A DNA stretch of 42,577 nucleotides from a virus, in the IMG/VR virus record IMGVR_UViG_3300028429_000229; one strand, 5' to 3'. How positions within the stretch are numbered: the first letter of the stretch is position 1; each line of letters opens with the position of its first letter. The position numbers and the translations under genes were made by a program. A model generated the notes under the pieces. The model searched no databases. It was not told the origin of the DNA and was given only the letters and a program-made list of their open reading frames with translations. Shown piece by piece: positions 8,528-18,477 of this stretch.

Positions 8528-9073
8528 ATGGCCTTTCTTATCCCGGTTGTTTCGAGTGTCGCCTCGGCGATTGGCAGTGTGTTCGGTGCGGGCACGGCCG
8601 CAGCGGGCGCGACGGCCGCCACGGCTGGATCGGGGTTTTCGCTTGGCACGGCGCTGACTGTCGGCTCGACGCTGATCGGGACGCTTGGTGCGCTGCAACA
8701 GGGTCAGGCGGCGTCTGACGCGGCAAAATACAACGCCGAGGTCCAGCGGCAGCAAGCCGACCAGGAGAACCAGAACGCGGCGGCGCGAGCGTCCGAGCAG
8801 GCGACGCGCACGCGGCAGAAGGTCGCCGCCACGCGAGCGGCATCGCTTCAGAGTGGCTTCGACACAGAGGGCAGCGTCGCGGACATCCTGAACGTGGTCG
8901 AAACGCAGGGGGCGCTTGAAGGGCTGACCGCACTGTACGAGGGCAGCGTGCGAGCGCGCGGACTGCGCGCTTCGGCGTCCTTGAGCGAGGCCAACGCGCG
9001 AAACTCCCGCACCGCCGGGTTCATCAACGCGGGCACCACACTTCTGACCGGCGCGAGCCGGGTTTACGGGTGA
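8528..9073 (+). CDS. Internal virion protein (gp14-like)
   Basis: 181 aa with a Gly/Ala-rich hydrophobic N-terminus followed by a helical region. It is the first of three ejection-protein genes. Confidence 0.6.
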   Translation: MAFLIPVVSSVASAIGSVFGAGTAAAGATAATAGSGFSLGTALTVGSTLIGTLGALQQGQAASDAAKYNAEVQRQQADQENQNAAARASEQATRTRQKVAATRAASLQSGFDTEGSVADILNVVETQGALEGLTALYEGSVRARGLRASASLSEANARNSRTAGFINAGTTLLTGASRVYG

Positions 9074-9076
9074 CAG

Positions 9077-11818
9077 ATGGCACGGCTTCCGCTTGACTTG
9101 ATGACGGCGGGCAACCGCGAAGACCTGCCAAACGCGCGCATGCAGGTTGACCGCGCCAACGCCGACGATTTCGGCGGCCAGATCGGTCGTGCCACGCAGG
9201 GACTGGCAGACGCGGGGCTTCAGCTTGCGGCCAAAATCAAGGCGAACGCCGACCGCGTGAAAGACTTCGACTACGAGAAGCAATTCCTGCAGCTTCAGGA
9301 GCAGGACAATCTCGACTACCAAGAGCGCCAGCGCACGATGCAGGGCGCGGCAGACGGGCATTGGATGACGGCGCGCGACGCGACCGCCGGGCGCTTCGGG
9401 CAGTGGCTGGAAAGCCTGCCCGCCGACAAGCGGGCCGAGTACGCCGCCAAAGCGCAGTCGTTCCAGAACCGCCGAACCGCGCAAGCGTTCCAGGATCAGT
9501 ACCAGCAACAGGATGCGAACACGCGGCTGACCCTGACCGAGGAACAGCGCAAGGCCGGCGTCGCGGTGCAGCAGCAGCCAGCGAGTTATGAACAGTTCGT
9601 CAAAGATCAGGAAGATCTGATCGACAAGTCCACGCTGACGCCGCTCGAGAAGCAGGCCCGCAAGCAGGAGCTGCGCAATTCGCTGGCGTTCACGGCGGCG
9701 CAAGCCGAGGCGCAACAGAACCCGGAAGGTTACATTTCCGCCAACATGCAGCCGGGCCTCGGCGGCATGAAAGACCTGCTGCGGCGCAAAGAGGGTTTTC
9801 GCGAAACTCCGTATTGGGACGTGAACGCCTGGCGCATCGGTTACGGCAGTGACACGATAACCAAAGCCGACGGGACTGTTGTTCGCGTCGAGCAAGGGAT
9901 GAGCGTCAGCCGCGAAGACGCAGAACGCGACCTCGACCGTCGGGTCAAGAACGAGTACATGCCGGCTGCGGTGGCGGCCATCGGCAAGGACGCATGGGAG
10001 AAGCTGTCCCCGGCGGCGCAGGCCGTCATGGTGTCGCTGTCCTATAACTACGGGGCAGGGGCGTGGGACGGCCCCGGCGAGCGCGCAGGTGGATCGCGCG
10101 GCGCGCTGAACTCGGTGGCCGTAGCGGCTCAGTCAGGCGACCCGCAGCGGCTCGCGGCGGCCGTTCGCAATCTTGCGTCTCACAACAACGGGGTGAACGC
10201 CGCCCGGCGAAACTCCGAAGCGGATATGGTGGTTTCCGGCAGGGGCGCGGGGGCGCCGGCTCCCGCATATGCTCAGGCGCTGACGCCGCAGCAGAGCGCG
10301 GCGGTGCTGGAAACGGCGAAAAGCGCGCTGGCCGAACAGCAAAAAGCGACGGACGCGGCGAACCAGGCGCAACTGGCCGCGCAGCGCAACAGCGTGTACG
10401 TCCAGTTGAAAGAAGGCCCGGCGCCCGAAGCGACATACGAAGCAGCGCGGCGAACCGGCGTGCTGACCGACATCAGCGACATCCAGCGTGCCGAGCGCAT
10501 CATCAAGGACCGGCAGGAAGCGAGCGCCGACCTGAACGTCGGCATCGGCTTGGCGCAGGGCGGGCGCGGCGTCGCAAACCCTTACGACAGCTCGCACAAG
10601 CGCGGCGTCGGCGCGGTGTTCGACAGCATGGTCAAGCAGGGCGCAGCGCCCGCCGAGGCGGCGGCTGTCCTGTTCGACCGCACAGGCATCATGCCGCAGC
10701 AGTTCGCCACGGCAATGCGCGGCGCGATGATCTCCGAAGACCCGCAGAAGATGACGGCGGCGCTGACCGCTGCATCCAACATGCTGCGGCAGAACCCGAA
10801 CGCGATGGCCGGCGTCGAGGGCGGTGCGGACTTGCAGAAGCAGGCGCAGCGGTACGACTTTTTGACGCAGGATTTCGGGCTGTCGTCCGAGCAGGCCGTG
10901 CAGCGCATGATCCAGGAGAACCGCGACCCCGAGCGGCTGAACCCGGTCAAGTCCGAGCAGATGGACAAGTTCCGCAAGGACTACCTGACGCAGGAGAAGG
11001 TTGAAAGTCGGCTGACTGGTAGCTGGTTCGGTACGATCGGCGGGCAAATGCCGAAGGGTCCGCAGCGCACGGCGATCAGCTCGATCTACGCCGAGTTTGC
11101 GCGCGAGGGGTTCGAGGTCCACCGCGATCCAGCCGTGGCGATGAAGTACGCCGACGCCAAGATGAAAGAGCAGTTCAGCGTGCAGAACGGCGTCATCACG
11201 CGATACCCGCCGGACAAGGCCGGGTTGCCGGCGCTGCCCGGCGCCCGAGACGGACACAAGTGGGTCAGTGAACAGGCGACGCAGATCGTGCAGCAACGTC
11301 TCGGCGTGGTTGTCGGAGCCGATCAGGTTGTGCTGATGCCGGTCGAGCGCGACGGGGTAAGCACGAGTTCCGTGTTCCGCAGCCGGCAGGGCGTCGAGGT
11401 CACGCGCAGCGACAGCGGCAATCCGCAGCAGCGCACGAGCTACCGATCGGTGCCGTACCAGATTGTCGTCACGCCGAAAGATGAAACGCAACAGCTTCTG
11501 GTCCTTGATGGGGCGTTCTTTCCGGACATCGAGCAGTACGTGACCGACAAGAACAAGGCCAACGCGGAACTGGTCGCCAAGGGTCCGGTCGAGTATATCG
11601 ACCAGTTCGGGTTGCCGGCCACGCTGCCGCCGTACCTTGCCGACCAGGTATTGACGCCCGAGCAGGCGCAGCGCAAGCAGCGCCGCGAAGCCGAACAGCG
11701 GCTGCGCGAGGAAACCGAGCGGTTCCGCGCGGATCGAGCCGCCATCAAAGACCAGCAGAAGTTGATTGACGTCGAACGGGCGGCGCAGGCCAAGGCGCAG
11801 GAGAGGGTTGTCCGATGA
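9077..11818 (+). CDS. Internal virion protein with a lysozyme-like muralytic domain
   Basis: 913 aa. Segment LLRRKEGFRETPYWDVNAWRIGYGSDT matches the catalytic region pattern of T4/lambda-type lysozymes (EG..aY.D..G..TiGyG). Confidence 0.75.
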   Translation: MARLPLDLMTAGNREDLPNARMQVDRANADDFGGQIGRATQGLADAGLQLAAKIKANADRVKDFDYEKQFLQLQEQDNLDYQERQRTMQGAADGHWMTARDATAGRFGQWLESLPADKRAEYAAKAQSFQNRRTAQAFQDQYQQQDANTRLTLTEEQRKAGVAVQQQPASYEQFVKDQEDLIDKSTLTPLEKQARKQELRNSLAFTAAQAEAQQNPEGYISANMQPGLGGMKDLLRRKEGFRETPYWDVNAWRIGYGSDTITKADGTVVRVEQGMSVSREDAERDLDRRVKNEYMPAAVAAIGKDAWEKLSPAAQAVMVSLSYNYGAGAWDGPGERAGGSRGALNSVAVAAQSGDPQRLAAAVRNLASHNNGVNAARRNSEADMVVSGRGAGAPAPAYAQALTPQQSAAVLETAKSALAEQQKATDAANQAQLAAQRNSVYVQLKEGPAPEATYEAARRTGVLTDISDIQRAERIIKDRQEASADLNVGIGLAQGGRGVANPYDSSHKRGVGAVFDSMVKQGAAPAEAAAVLFDRTGIMPQQFATAMRGAMISEDPQKMTAALTAASNMLRQNPNAMAGVEGGADLQKQAQRYDFLTQDFGLSSEQAVQRMIQENRDPERLNPVKSEQMDKFRKDYLTQEKVESRLTGSWFGTIGGQMPKGPQRTAISSIYAEFAREGFEVHRDPAVAMKYADAKMKEQFSVQNGVITRYPPDKAGLPALPGARDGHKWVSEQATQIVQQRLGVVVGADQVVLMPVERDGVSTSSVFRSRQGVEVTRSDSGNPQQRTSYRSVPYQIVVTPKDETQQLLVLDGAFFPDIEQYVTDKNKANAELVAKGPVEYIDQFGLPATLPPYLADQVLTPEQAQRKQRREAEQRLREETERFRADRAAIKDQQKLIDVERAAQAKAQERVVR

Positions 11819-14800
11819 CGTTCAAGACATTCGACGAGTTGGATCAGCAGGCAGGGCCGGCGGCGCTGTTCGCGAACTATGCGAAACCGCCGCTCGCCGA
11901 AACGACCGCCGGCTACGATACCGAAGCGTCGTTGGCGCGGGCGCAGGAACTGGCGTCACGCTCGGTCTTTGCTGCGGCGTTCCGGCAGGACAACACCGTG
12001 GCATCCATGCTGTCGCGCAAGGACCTCGGCGTGGACAACGATGACGACGGGCAGTTCGATCCGGTTGAGTACGTGCGCAGCAACAACCTTCAAGGCTACG
12101 AGGATAGTTTTATCGGGGTACTGAACGCCCGGCGCGCGGACGCCGTGAAGGCGCAAATCGAGATGGAGCAGCGGGACCGCGAAACCCTGGCCGCTTCCGG
12201 ATGGGCCGGCACATTCGCGCAGATCGCGGCGGGCGTATTCGACGCCCCGACGCTGATCCCCGGCACCGTGGCTGTGCGCGGCGCAAAGGGCGGCTGGTCG
12301 ATTGGCAGGTCCATGCTTCTCGGCGGCGTCAGCGCGGGCGCCACGCAGGCCGCGACCGAAGGGTTTCTGCAGGCAACGCAGGAGACGCGCACGGCGGCGG
12401 AAAGCGCGATCAACATCGGTGCGGCGGCAGTGCTCGGGTCGCTGCTTGGCGGAGGTGTCGCGGCAGTGCTCGGCAAGAACGAGCGCATCGCTGCGCAGAA
12501 GGCACTGGAAAACATCGCAGACATTCAATCAGGAAAGGTTCCGAATGAGTTCGTTCCTGAACAACTGGCCGCCGGGCGTCCTGCTGCTGGCGGTGCTGAC
12601 ATCGCCGAAGGTTCGTTCTTTGTCGATCCAGTGGACGCGCCACGTAGCCGCGCAGATCTGGAAGTGCAGGGCGCGGCGGCCCGCGCAGTGGTGCAGACGA
12701 CGTGGCGGTTCAACCCGGTCCTGCGCGCGACGCAGCGGTACGCGGCTTCGGCTCGGCAGATCGGCAACGTAGTTTACGAGAACACCATCTACCGCGCCAT
12801 GCACTCGGCAGGCGAGACGACGGGCGTGTCGGTCGAGGCAGCCATTCGCACCCGCGTTACAGCGCTGCAGGCCGAAGCCGCGACACAGGCGCAGGCGGCG
12901 TACAAGGAAATGCGCAAGGCCGGCGTCCGAATGGGCGAGGACGATTTCTACAAGGCCGTCGGCGTAGCGATGCGCAACAACGACCAGTCGGACAACCCGG
13001 CCGTCGCGCGGGCCGCGCAGGCGTACCGCAAGCTGTTCGGCACGTTCACCGACGACGCACTGAAGATGAAGCGGTCGGACGGGACGTACCTGCTCGACGA
13101 GCGCGACTTGGACGTAAAGACGGCCGCCAGCTACTTCAGCCGTATTTACAATCGGGATCGGCTGCTCGCGTCCGAGCCCGAGTTCCTGGACTTGATCGGG
13201 CGGCAATTTGCCGAGCGCATGGGGGTTGCCTACAGCGAAGACGCGGCCAAGGTCACGGCCTCGCGGGCGCTGTACCGTCAGCGACTGGACGACCTTCGGC
13301 AGACAGGCGATGCGCGAGCCGCCCGCATGGCGGAGATCGAGCGGCAGGGCGAACTGCTGGACCAGCAGAACCCCGTGCACGTAGACGCCCGAAGCGACCT
13401 TAAAGTCCTGCGCGGCGAGTTGCGGGCAGCGAGAACACCGGCTGAACGGGCAGAAGCTAAAGCCAAGATTGAAAAGCTGAGGCAGCAAGGCGGGCCGGAA
13501 CTGGAAGCGTACCTAGAAAAGTCCGCCGAGTTGAAGACCAGAATGCGCAACCTGCGTGAGCGCAACCCGGATGCACAGCTTGCGCGCGGCGAGCGTCTGC
13601 AGGAGCGCATCGAGGAACTGGAAGATCAGGTCAGCGGCTCACTGGCGGCGTTCGCCAAGCGCACGAAGAACCTGCTGAACGACATTCGCCGTGACCCGGA
13701 AGGTCGCGCAGCCGAGGCGGCGGACAGCGTGCGCGAGCAGATCGTGAAGCTGCGCGAGCAGGCAACCAAGACTGCGGAGCGCGCCAACAAACTCGGCGCG
13801 CAATATGTCGAGGCGATGGACCCGCAGCGAGCGTTTCAGGAAGCGGCGGCCCGTGCAGCGGCGCAGGGGCAGGAAGGTCAGGCAGCGATCCGTGCCGGTA
13901 CGCGCGAGGCGGATCGCGTCACGAAGCAGATCGACCAGTCCAAGACGGTCATCGCGCAGTACGAGCGCCAGATCGCGAAGCTGGAAGATCTGGCCGACCG
14001 CATGTCGCGGCGCGAAACCGCCGTCGAGGCGGCGCGCGACTTTGCCGCAGAGCTAGAGGCGACGTTGAAATCCGTGAACGAACAGGTCGCAGCGCGCAGC
14101 ATCCGGCGCGGCGAGAAGTCCGCGGAGCTGAAGGCGAGGGCGGCCAAGTTGACGCCCGAGCAGGTCGCCGAGCGGGCGACCCGGCAAGAGGCGCAGTACG
14201 GCAAGGTGCTGGAAGACGTTGAAGGTCGGTTCGACAACCGGTGGGGCGCGCGCAAAGCGCTTGGCATCGAGCGCGGTGAGCGGTACGACTTCGAAGCCGC
14301 CGGGCGGCAGGCCGCGAAAGATGTTTACGACACGATCACCGGCAAGGTGCAGCAGCGCGAGGACATTCCGTCGTTCATCACTAAGGTCAGCACCGGCCCG
14401 CTGAAGGATCGCACGTTCATGGTGCCGGACGAATTGCTGGCCGGGCGTGGCTGGCTGGTCGATGACGTGCGCGAGGTCGCGAACCGGTATGCCCGCGCCA
14501 TGGCAGGCGAGATCGAGCTGACCCGACGGTTCGGGCGTGCAGACATGGCCGACCAGCTTGCGGTCGTCGCTAAGGAATATAGCGACATGCGCGTCGCTGT
14601 CGATCAGGCCAAGGGTGTCGCGGGCATCAATGCGGTGCTCGGGCGCGACAAGTTCGGGCCGAAGCAGAACCTCGCGGCGGCCAAGGTCGAGGCAAACCGG
14701 CTGCTCGCGGCGGACGAGGCGTCAGCGATTGAGGACATTCAGGTCGGGCGCGACAAAATCCGTGGCACGCACAACGCGGGCGTGAACAACTCGAACTTCG

Positions 14801-16131
14801 GCGCGATCACGCGGATGCTGATGCACTTCAACTACATCCGGCTGATGGGCGGCATACTGCTGGCGAACATCGGCGAATTTTACCGACCCGCAATGGTGCA
14901 TGGGCTTGAACCGTACATGCGCAACATGCCGGACCTGATGGCGCAGGCGTTCAACGCCGGCAGCGAAGGGCTGAAGCTGTCGCTGCGGGAAGCGAAGCTG
15001 TCAGGCTTGGTCGCCGGGCGCGTCACCCACGCCATGCAGGTCGCGAACGGCGACATTGCCGATCCGTTCATCAACGGCGTCACGAGCGTCGAGCGGGTCA
15101 TGCAGAAGGCCACGAACATCGCGTCGCGATGGAACTTCGTGAACCTGTTTACAGACGCGCAGCAGGCCATCGCGTCCACGTTATCGCAGCATCGAATACT
15201 GGAAGCCGTGCTGAACGCCAAACCGCAGGACGGGTCATTCGTTCGCGGCGATCCGCAGGCGCTGCTGCGCATGCTTGGGATCGGCAAGCAGACGCAGGCC
15301 GACATCGCGCGGTACGTCACCGCGCACGGTCAGACGGTCGATGGCATCCGGGTCGCCAACACCGAGCGTTGGCTGGCCGCCGCGAACGCGACTGGCAGCG
15401 CAACCGAAATCGCCCGCGCCGAGAACGCGGTGCGGACGTACCGGGCTGCGGTCAATACCGACGTGAACAGCATCATCTCCCTGCGCAAGTCTGGCGACGC
15501 GCCGCTGTTTGTAAACCATCCGATCGGCAGGGTGCTCACGCAGTTCTCGGGCTACGCAATGGGCGCGCACAGCAACGTTATGATCCGGGGCCTGCAGGAA
15601 AGCCATAGCCGCCTGATTGGCGGATTGGTCGTTATGACCTCGCTCGGGGCGCTGACCTCCTATCTGGCGGCGTGGCGCGGCGGGCAGGAGCGCTGGAAGA
15701 AGTACGTCGAGGACACGACCAAAAACCCGGCGCTGCTGATCGGCGAGGGGCTGGACCGGTCGGGCTTCTTTCCGCTGCTGTTCGACCTTAGCAACCGCGC
15801 CGAGCGCGTCACAGGGGCGGTCGGCTACCAGTATAGGTTCAACCCGGTGAAATCGCCCATTGCGGCCCTGGGCGGCTCGGGCGGGCTCGGCGTCACAAGC
15901 ACGCGCGGGTCGGAAAGCTCGGCCGCGTTTGGTGCGCTGCTCGGGCCGACCGCCGGACTGGTGGATAGCGGCATCGCGGCGGGTCGCGTGGCGGCGGACC
16001 TCGCGGCGGGTCGCGACCCGCCGAAGCGCGACGTCAACCAAGCGCTTGCCGTGGTCCCGTACCAGAGTTACTATGGCATGCGCGAATTGCTGCAAGTCCT
16101 AACCGGCAACTCTAATTACACAAGGAACTGA
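11815..16131 (+). CDS. Large internal virion / DNA ejection protein (gp16-like)
   Basis: 1438 aa. ATGA overlap with the upstream gene. Long charged coiled-coil middle region and a hydrophobic C-terminal part. Position is between the muralytic core protein and the tail fibre. Confidence 0.7.
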   Translation: MTFKTFDELDQQAGPAALFANYAKPPLAETTAGYDTEASLARAQELASRSVFAAAFRQDNTVASMLSRKDLGVDNDDDGQFDPVEYVRSNNLQGYEDSFIGVLNARRADAVKAQIEMEQRDRETLAASGWAGTFAQIAAGVFDAPTLIPGTVAVRGAKGGWSIGRSMLLGGVSAGATQAATEGFLQATQETRTAAESAINIGAAAVLGSLLGGGVAAVLGKNERIAAQKALENIADIQSGKVPNEFVPEQLAAGRPAAGGADIAEGSFFVDPVDAPRSRADLEVQGAAARAVVQTTWRFNPVLRATQRYAASARQIGNVVYENTIYRAMHSAGETTGVSVEAAIRTRVTALQAEAATQAQAAYKEMRKAGVRMGEDDFYKAVGVAMRNNDQSDNPAVARAAQAYRKLFGTFTDDALKMKRSDGTYLLDERDLDVKTAASYFSRIYNRDRLLASEPEFLDLIGRQFAERMGVAYSEDAAKVTASRALYRQRLDDLRQTGDARAARMAEIERQGELLDQQNPVHVDARSDLKVLRGELRAARTPAERAEAKAKIEKLRQQGGPELEAYLEKSAELKTRMRNLRERNPDAQLARGERLQERIEELEDQVSGSLAAFAKRTKNLLNDIRRDPEGRAAEAADSVREQIVKLREQATKTAERANKLGAQYVEAMDPQRAFQEAAARAAAQGQEGQAAIRAGTREADRVTKQIDQSKTVIAQYERQIAKLEDLADRMSRRETAVEAARDFAAELEATLKSVNEQVAARSIRRGEKSAELKARAAKLTPEQVAERATRQEAQYGKVLEDVEGRFDNRWGARKALGIERGERYDFEAAGRQAAKDVYDTITGKVQQREDIPSFITKVSTGPLKDRTFMVPDELLAGRGWLVDDVREVANRYARAMAGEIELTRRFGRADMADQLAVVAKEYSDMRVAVDQAKGVAGINAVLGRDKFGPKQNLAAAKVEANRLLAADEASAIEDIQVGRDKIRGTHNAGVNNSNFGAITRMLMHFNYIRLMGGILLANIGEFYRPAMVHGLEPYMRNMPDLMAQAFNAGSEGLKLSLREAKLSGLVAGRVTHAMQVANGDIADPFINGVTSVERVMQKATNIASRWNFVNLFTDAQQAIASTLSQHRILEAVLNAKPQDGSFVRGDPQALLRMLGIGKQTQADIARYVTAHGQTVDGIRVANTERWLAAANATGSATEIARAENAVRTYRAAVNTDVNSIISLRKSGDAPLFVNHPIGRVLTQFSGYAMGAHSNVMIRGLQESHSRLIGGLVVMTSLGALTSYLAAWRGGQERWKKYVEDTTKNPALLIGEGLDRSGFFPLLFDLSNRAERVTGAVGYQYRFNPVKSPIAALGGSGGLGVTSTRGSESSAAFGALLGPTAGLVDSGIAAGRVAADLAAGRDPPKRDVNQALAVVPYQSYYGMRELLQVLTGNSNYTRN

Positions 16132-16133
16132 CC

Positions 16134-17474
16134 GTGACCGTGGCATCCTCGACCGCCAAGTATGTCTACACGGGCGACGGCACGTCTGTCGCGTTCGCGT
16201 TTCCCTCGCTGTTCTTTCTGAACAACGACATCCTGGTCGGGGTGAACGGGGTTTTGCAGACTACCGGCTACACCGTAACCGGTGCCGGAAATCCGGCGGG
16301 CGGCACGGTGACGTTCAGCACCGCCCCGGCCAGTGGGGCCGTGGTCCTGCTTCTGCGCAAACCCGCGTTCCAGCAGCTTGTCGATTTTGTGAACGGGCAG
16401 ACTGTTCTTGAAGGCACGATCGAAACTGCGCTTGATCGCCTGACCATGATGTCTCAGTACCTGCTTGACGCGCTGTCGCGCAGCTTGCGCGTGGGCGATC
16501 TAGACACCCTGACGGCAACCGAAGACTTGCTGCTTCCGAGTGCGACGGCGCGCGCGGGTAAGCTTCTCGGGTTCGACACCGCTGGACGTCCGGCCCCGAC
16601 ATCCCCGTCAGGTTCTATAGCGCCGGGCTCGATTTCGGACACGGACCTGGTTGATATGGCAGAGGCCGCCGTGAAGGGGCGGGCCGCCGGCGCAGGACCT
16701 GGACCACCTGGCGATCTGACACCCGTGCAACTTGCCGCCATCGTGGCTCTAGGGGGTGGCGCCGCGATTGACGGCGCGAACCTCAACAATGGTTCGGTTG
16801 CCAATTCCAAGCTGGCCAATATGGCGCAGGGCACGCTCAAAGGTCGAGCGGCAGGGGCGGGAACTGGCCCGCCGATTGACGTCACCGGCGCGGAGCTGCG
16901 CACGATCATCGGGAATGTATCGAGCGCGACTGCCGGCCTCGCACCAGCCTCTGGCGGCGGCACGGTAAACTTTCTCAGGGCTGACGGAGCGTGGGCGCCG
17001 CCCGGCGATATCGTGCTTGCGACACAGCAAGCCACGACCAGCGGCACGCAGTTCGATTTCACAGGTCTGCCGGCCGGCCTCAACGAAATTGTAGTAGCTT
17101 TCGACGGGGTTTCACTAAGCGGCACAGATCATCTGTTGGTGCAGCTTGGAACAAGCGGAGGCATAGAAGCTACAGGATACGTTTCAACCTCGGGCTTGGT
17201 GTTCGCTGGCGCCGCTATTCAAGCGGCTAATAGCACGACTGGTTTTGTGTTATTTGTTGGTGACGCAACCAGGTCTCCTTCCGGCCAATTAATAATTAGG
17301 CGTATGAGCGGAAACAAGTGGACGCAAAGTCACGCTAATGTTCACAGCACAATCTCTATAATAACCGGAGCGGGGATAAAAACCCTTTCAGGTGAGATCG
17401 ACCGTATTCGTATTTTGGCAACTGGCGCGAACACATTCGACGCTGGCGCGGTCAACATCAGCTACACTCGGTGA
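16134..17474 (+). CDS. Tail fibre protein
   Basis: GTG start with AAGGA upstream. N-terminal YVYTGDGTSVAFAFPSLFF...GYTVTG...TVTF resembles a T7-tail-fibre-type adaptor domain. Internal duplicated KGRAAGAG.GPP.D(L/V)T motif. Low-GC 3' end. Confidence 0.8.
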   Translation: MTVASSTAKYVYTGDGTSVAFAFPSLFFLNNDILVGVNGVLQTTGYTVTGAGNPAGGTVTFSTAPASGAVVLLLRKPAFQQLVDFVNGQTVLEGTIETALDRLTMMSQYLLDALSRSLRVGDLDTLTATEDLLLPSATARAGKLLGFDTAGRPAPTSPSGSIAPGSISDTDLVDMAEAAVKGRAAGAGPGPPGDLTPVQLAAIVALGGGAAIDGANLNNGSVANSKLANMAQGTLKGRAAGAGTGPPIDVTGAELRTIIGNVSSATAGLAPASGGGTVNFLRADGAWAPPGDIVLATQQATTSGTQFDFTGLPAGLNEIVVAFDGVSLSGTDHLLVQLGTSGGIEATGYVSTSGLVFAGAAIQAANSTTGFVLFVGDATRSPSGQLIIRRMSGNKWTQSHANVHSTISIITGAGIKTLSGEIDRIRILATGANTFDAGAVNISYTR

Positions 17475-17483
17475 GGCGGCGAG

Positions 17484-18014
17484 ATGCTCCCAAGGAAATA
17501 CGAATACCTTTCCCGCGAGGGCGGACCCAAAATGCTTGTGGAGGCGCTTCGCCTTCATGGCACGCGGGAAACCGCAGGGCCGGGCAATACGCCGGAGATC
17601 ATGGGCTGGGCACGCGAAATGGGCGGCGACCTCGCGCGTGTCTTCACGGCTGATGCCATCCCTTGGTGCGGTCTTTTCATGGCCATCGTGGCCCGGCGCG
17701 CCGGCAAGCCAGACTGCGTGCAGCCGCTGTGGGCGCGCGCATGGGCAAGCTGGGGGCAAGCTTCGCCGCGTGCCTCGCTGGGGGATGTCCTCGTTTTCGT
17801 TCGACGGGGCGGGGGGCATGTCGGGATCTATGTCGGCGATGACGGCACGCATTACCACGTTCTCGGCGGCAACCAAGGCAACGCGGTGAGCATTATCCGC
17901 ATCGCCAAAGCTCGCTGCATCGCTGTGCGGCGTTTCTATCGCATCGCCCCTCCGGCGAATGTTCGGCCCATTCGCCTTGCCGCGAGCGGGCCTGTCTCGA
18001 CCAACGAAGCATAA
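17484..18014 (+). CDS. Endolysin (TIGR02594 / NlpC-P60-CHAP-like peptidase)
   Basis: Motifs NTPEIMGWAREMG, IPWCGLFMA, GDVLVFVRRGGGHVGIYVG and VLGGNQGNAVS. GAGG RBS. Confidence 0.8.
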   Translation: MLPRKYEYLSREGGPKMLVEALRLHGTRETAGPGNTPEIMGWAREMGGDLARVFTADAIPWCGLFMAIVARRAGKPDCVQPLWARAWASWGQASPRASLGDVLVFVRRGGGHVGIYVGDDGTHYHVLGGNQGNAVSIIRIAKARCIAVRRFYRIAPPANVRPIRLAASGPVSTNEA

Positions 18015-18034
18015 CCAACCCAAAGGAGTTACCC

Positions 18035-18232
18035 ATGAGTGCAATTCTTCAGCTCGGTGCGGGCTACCGCACCTACATCATCGCCGCCGTGCTCGTGCTC
18101 GTCGTGGCCGTCGAGAAGGGCCTCGGCATCGATGTGCCGGGCGTCGATGTCGGGTCTGACTGGCTCACCCACGTCCTTGCCGCGCTTGGCCTTGGAACCC
18201 TGCGGGCGGGCTTCTCTGGCACTGGCAAGTGA
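18035..18232 (+). CDS. Holin (two predicted transmembrane segments)
   Basis: 65 aa. Hydrophobic stretches YIIAAVLVLVVAV and LTHVLAALGLGTL. AAGGAG RBS. Adjacent to the endolysin. Confidence 0.7.
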   Translation: MSAILQLGAGYRTYIIAAVLVLVVAVEKGLGIDVPGVDVGSDWLTHVLAALGLGTLRAGFSGTGK

Positions 18233-18477
18233 GCGCCCTTCTCGCCGCGATCCTGAAGGGGTTCGGCGATTTTCTCGCGCGTCTCGTCGCCGATTGGCGG
18301 CGCGACCGCGACCTTCAGGACAAGGGCCGGGCCGAGGGCTCGGCTGATCTCAACCGGGGAATCGCGGGAGTCGCCGATGATCAGGCGAAAAACAATTCTG
18401 TTGAGCGCGGCGGCGCTGCTGACGTTCTTGACCGGCTGCGCAAGCGGCCCAGGACCGATGGCGCTGGCCGTCCATGA
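18229..18477 (+). CDS. Putative i-spanin (Rz-like), atypical
   Basis: GTGA overlap with the holin stop. Contains the start of the lipoprotein gene in another frame. The N-terminal hydrophobic segment is weak (it contains K, D and R). Confidence 0.4.
   Translation: MSALLAAILKGFGDFLARLVADWRRDRDLQDKGRAEGSADLNRGIAGVADDQAKNNSVERGGAADVLDRLRKRPRTDGAGRP

Noticed and set aside
11815-16131. Virion-packaged RNA polymerase (N4-like) as an explanation for the missing RNAP.
   Set aside because: At 1438 aa it is far shorter than the N4 vRNAP. I saw no polymerase-type catalytic Asp motifs. The composition is coiled-coil and hydrophobic, as in ejection proteins.
16134-17474. Diversity-generating retroelement targeting the tail fibre, considered because the capsid and cement layout recalls BPP-1-like phages.
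   Set aside because: There is no reverse transcriptase ORF anywhere. I saw no template/variable repeat pair matching the 3' end of the fibre gene or of the 528-aa gene.
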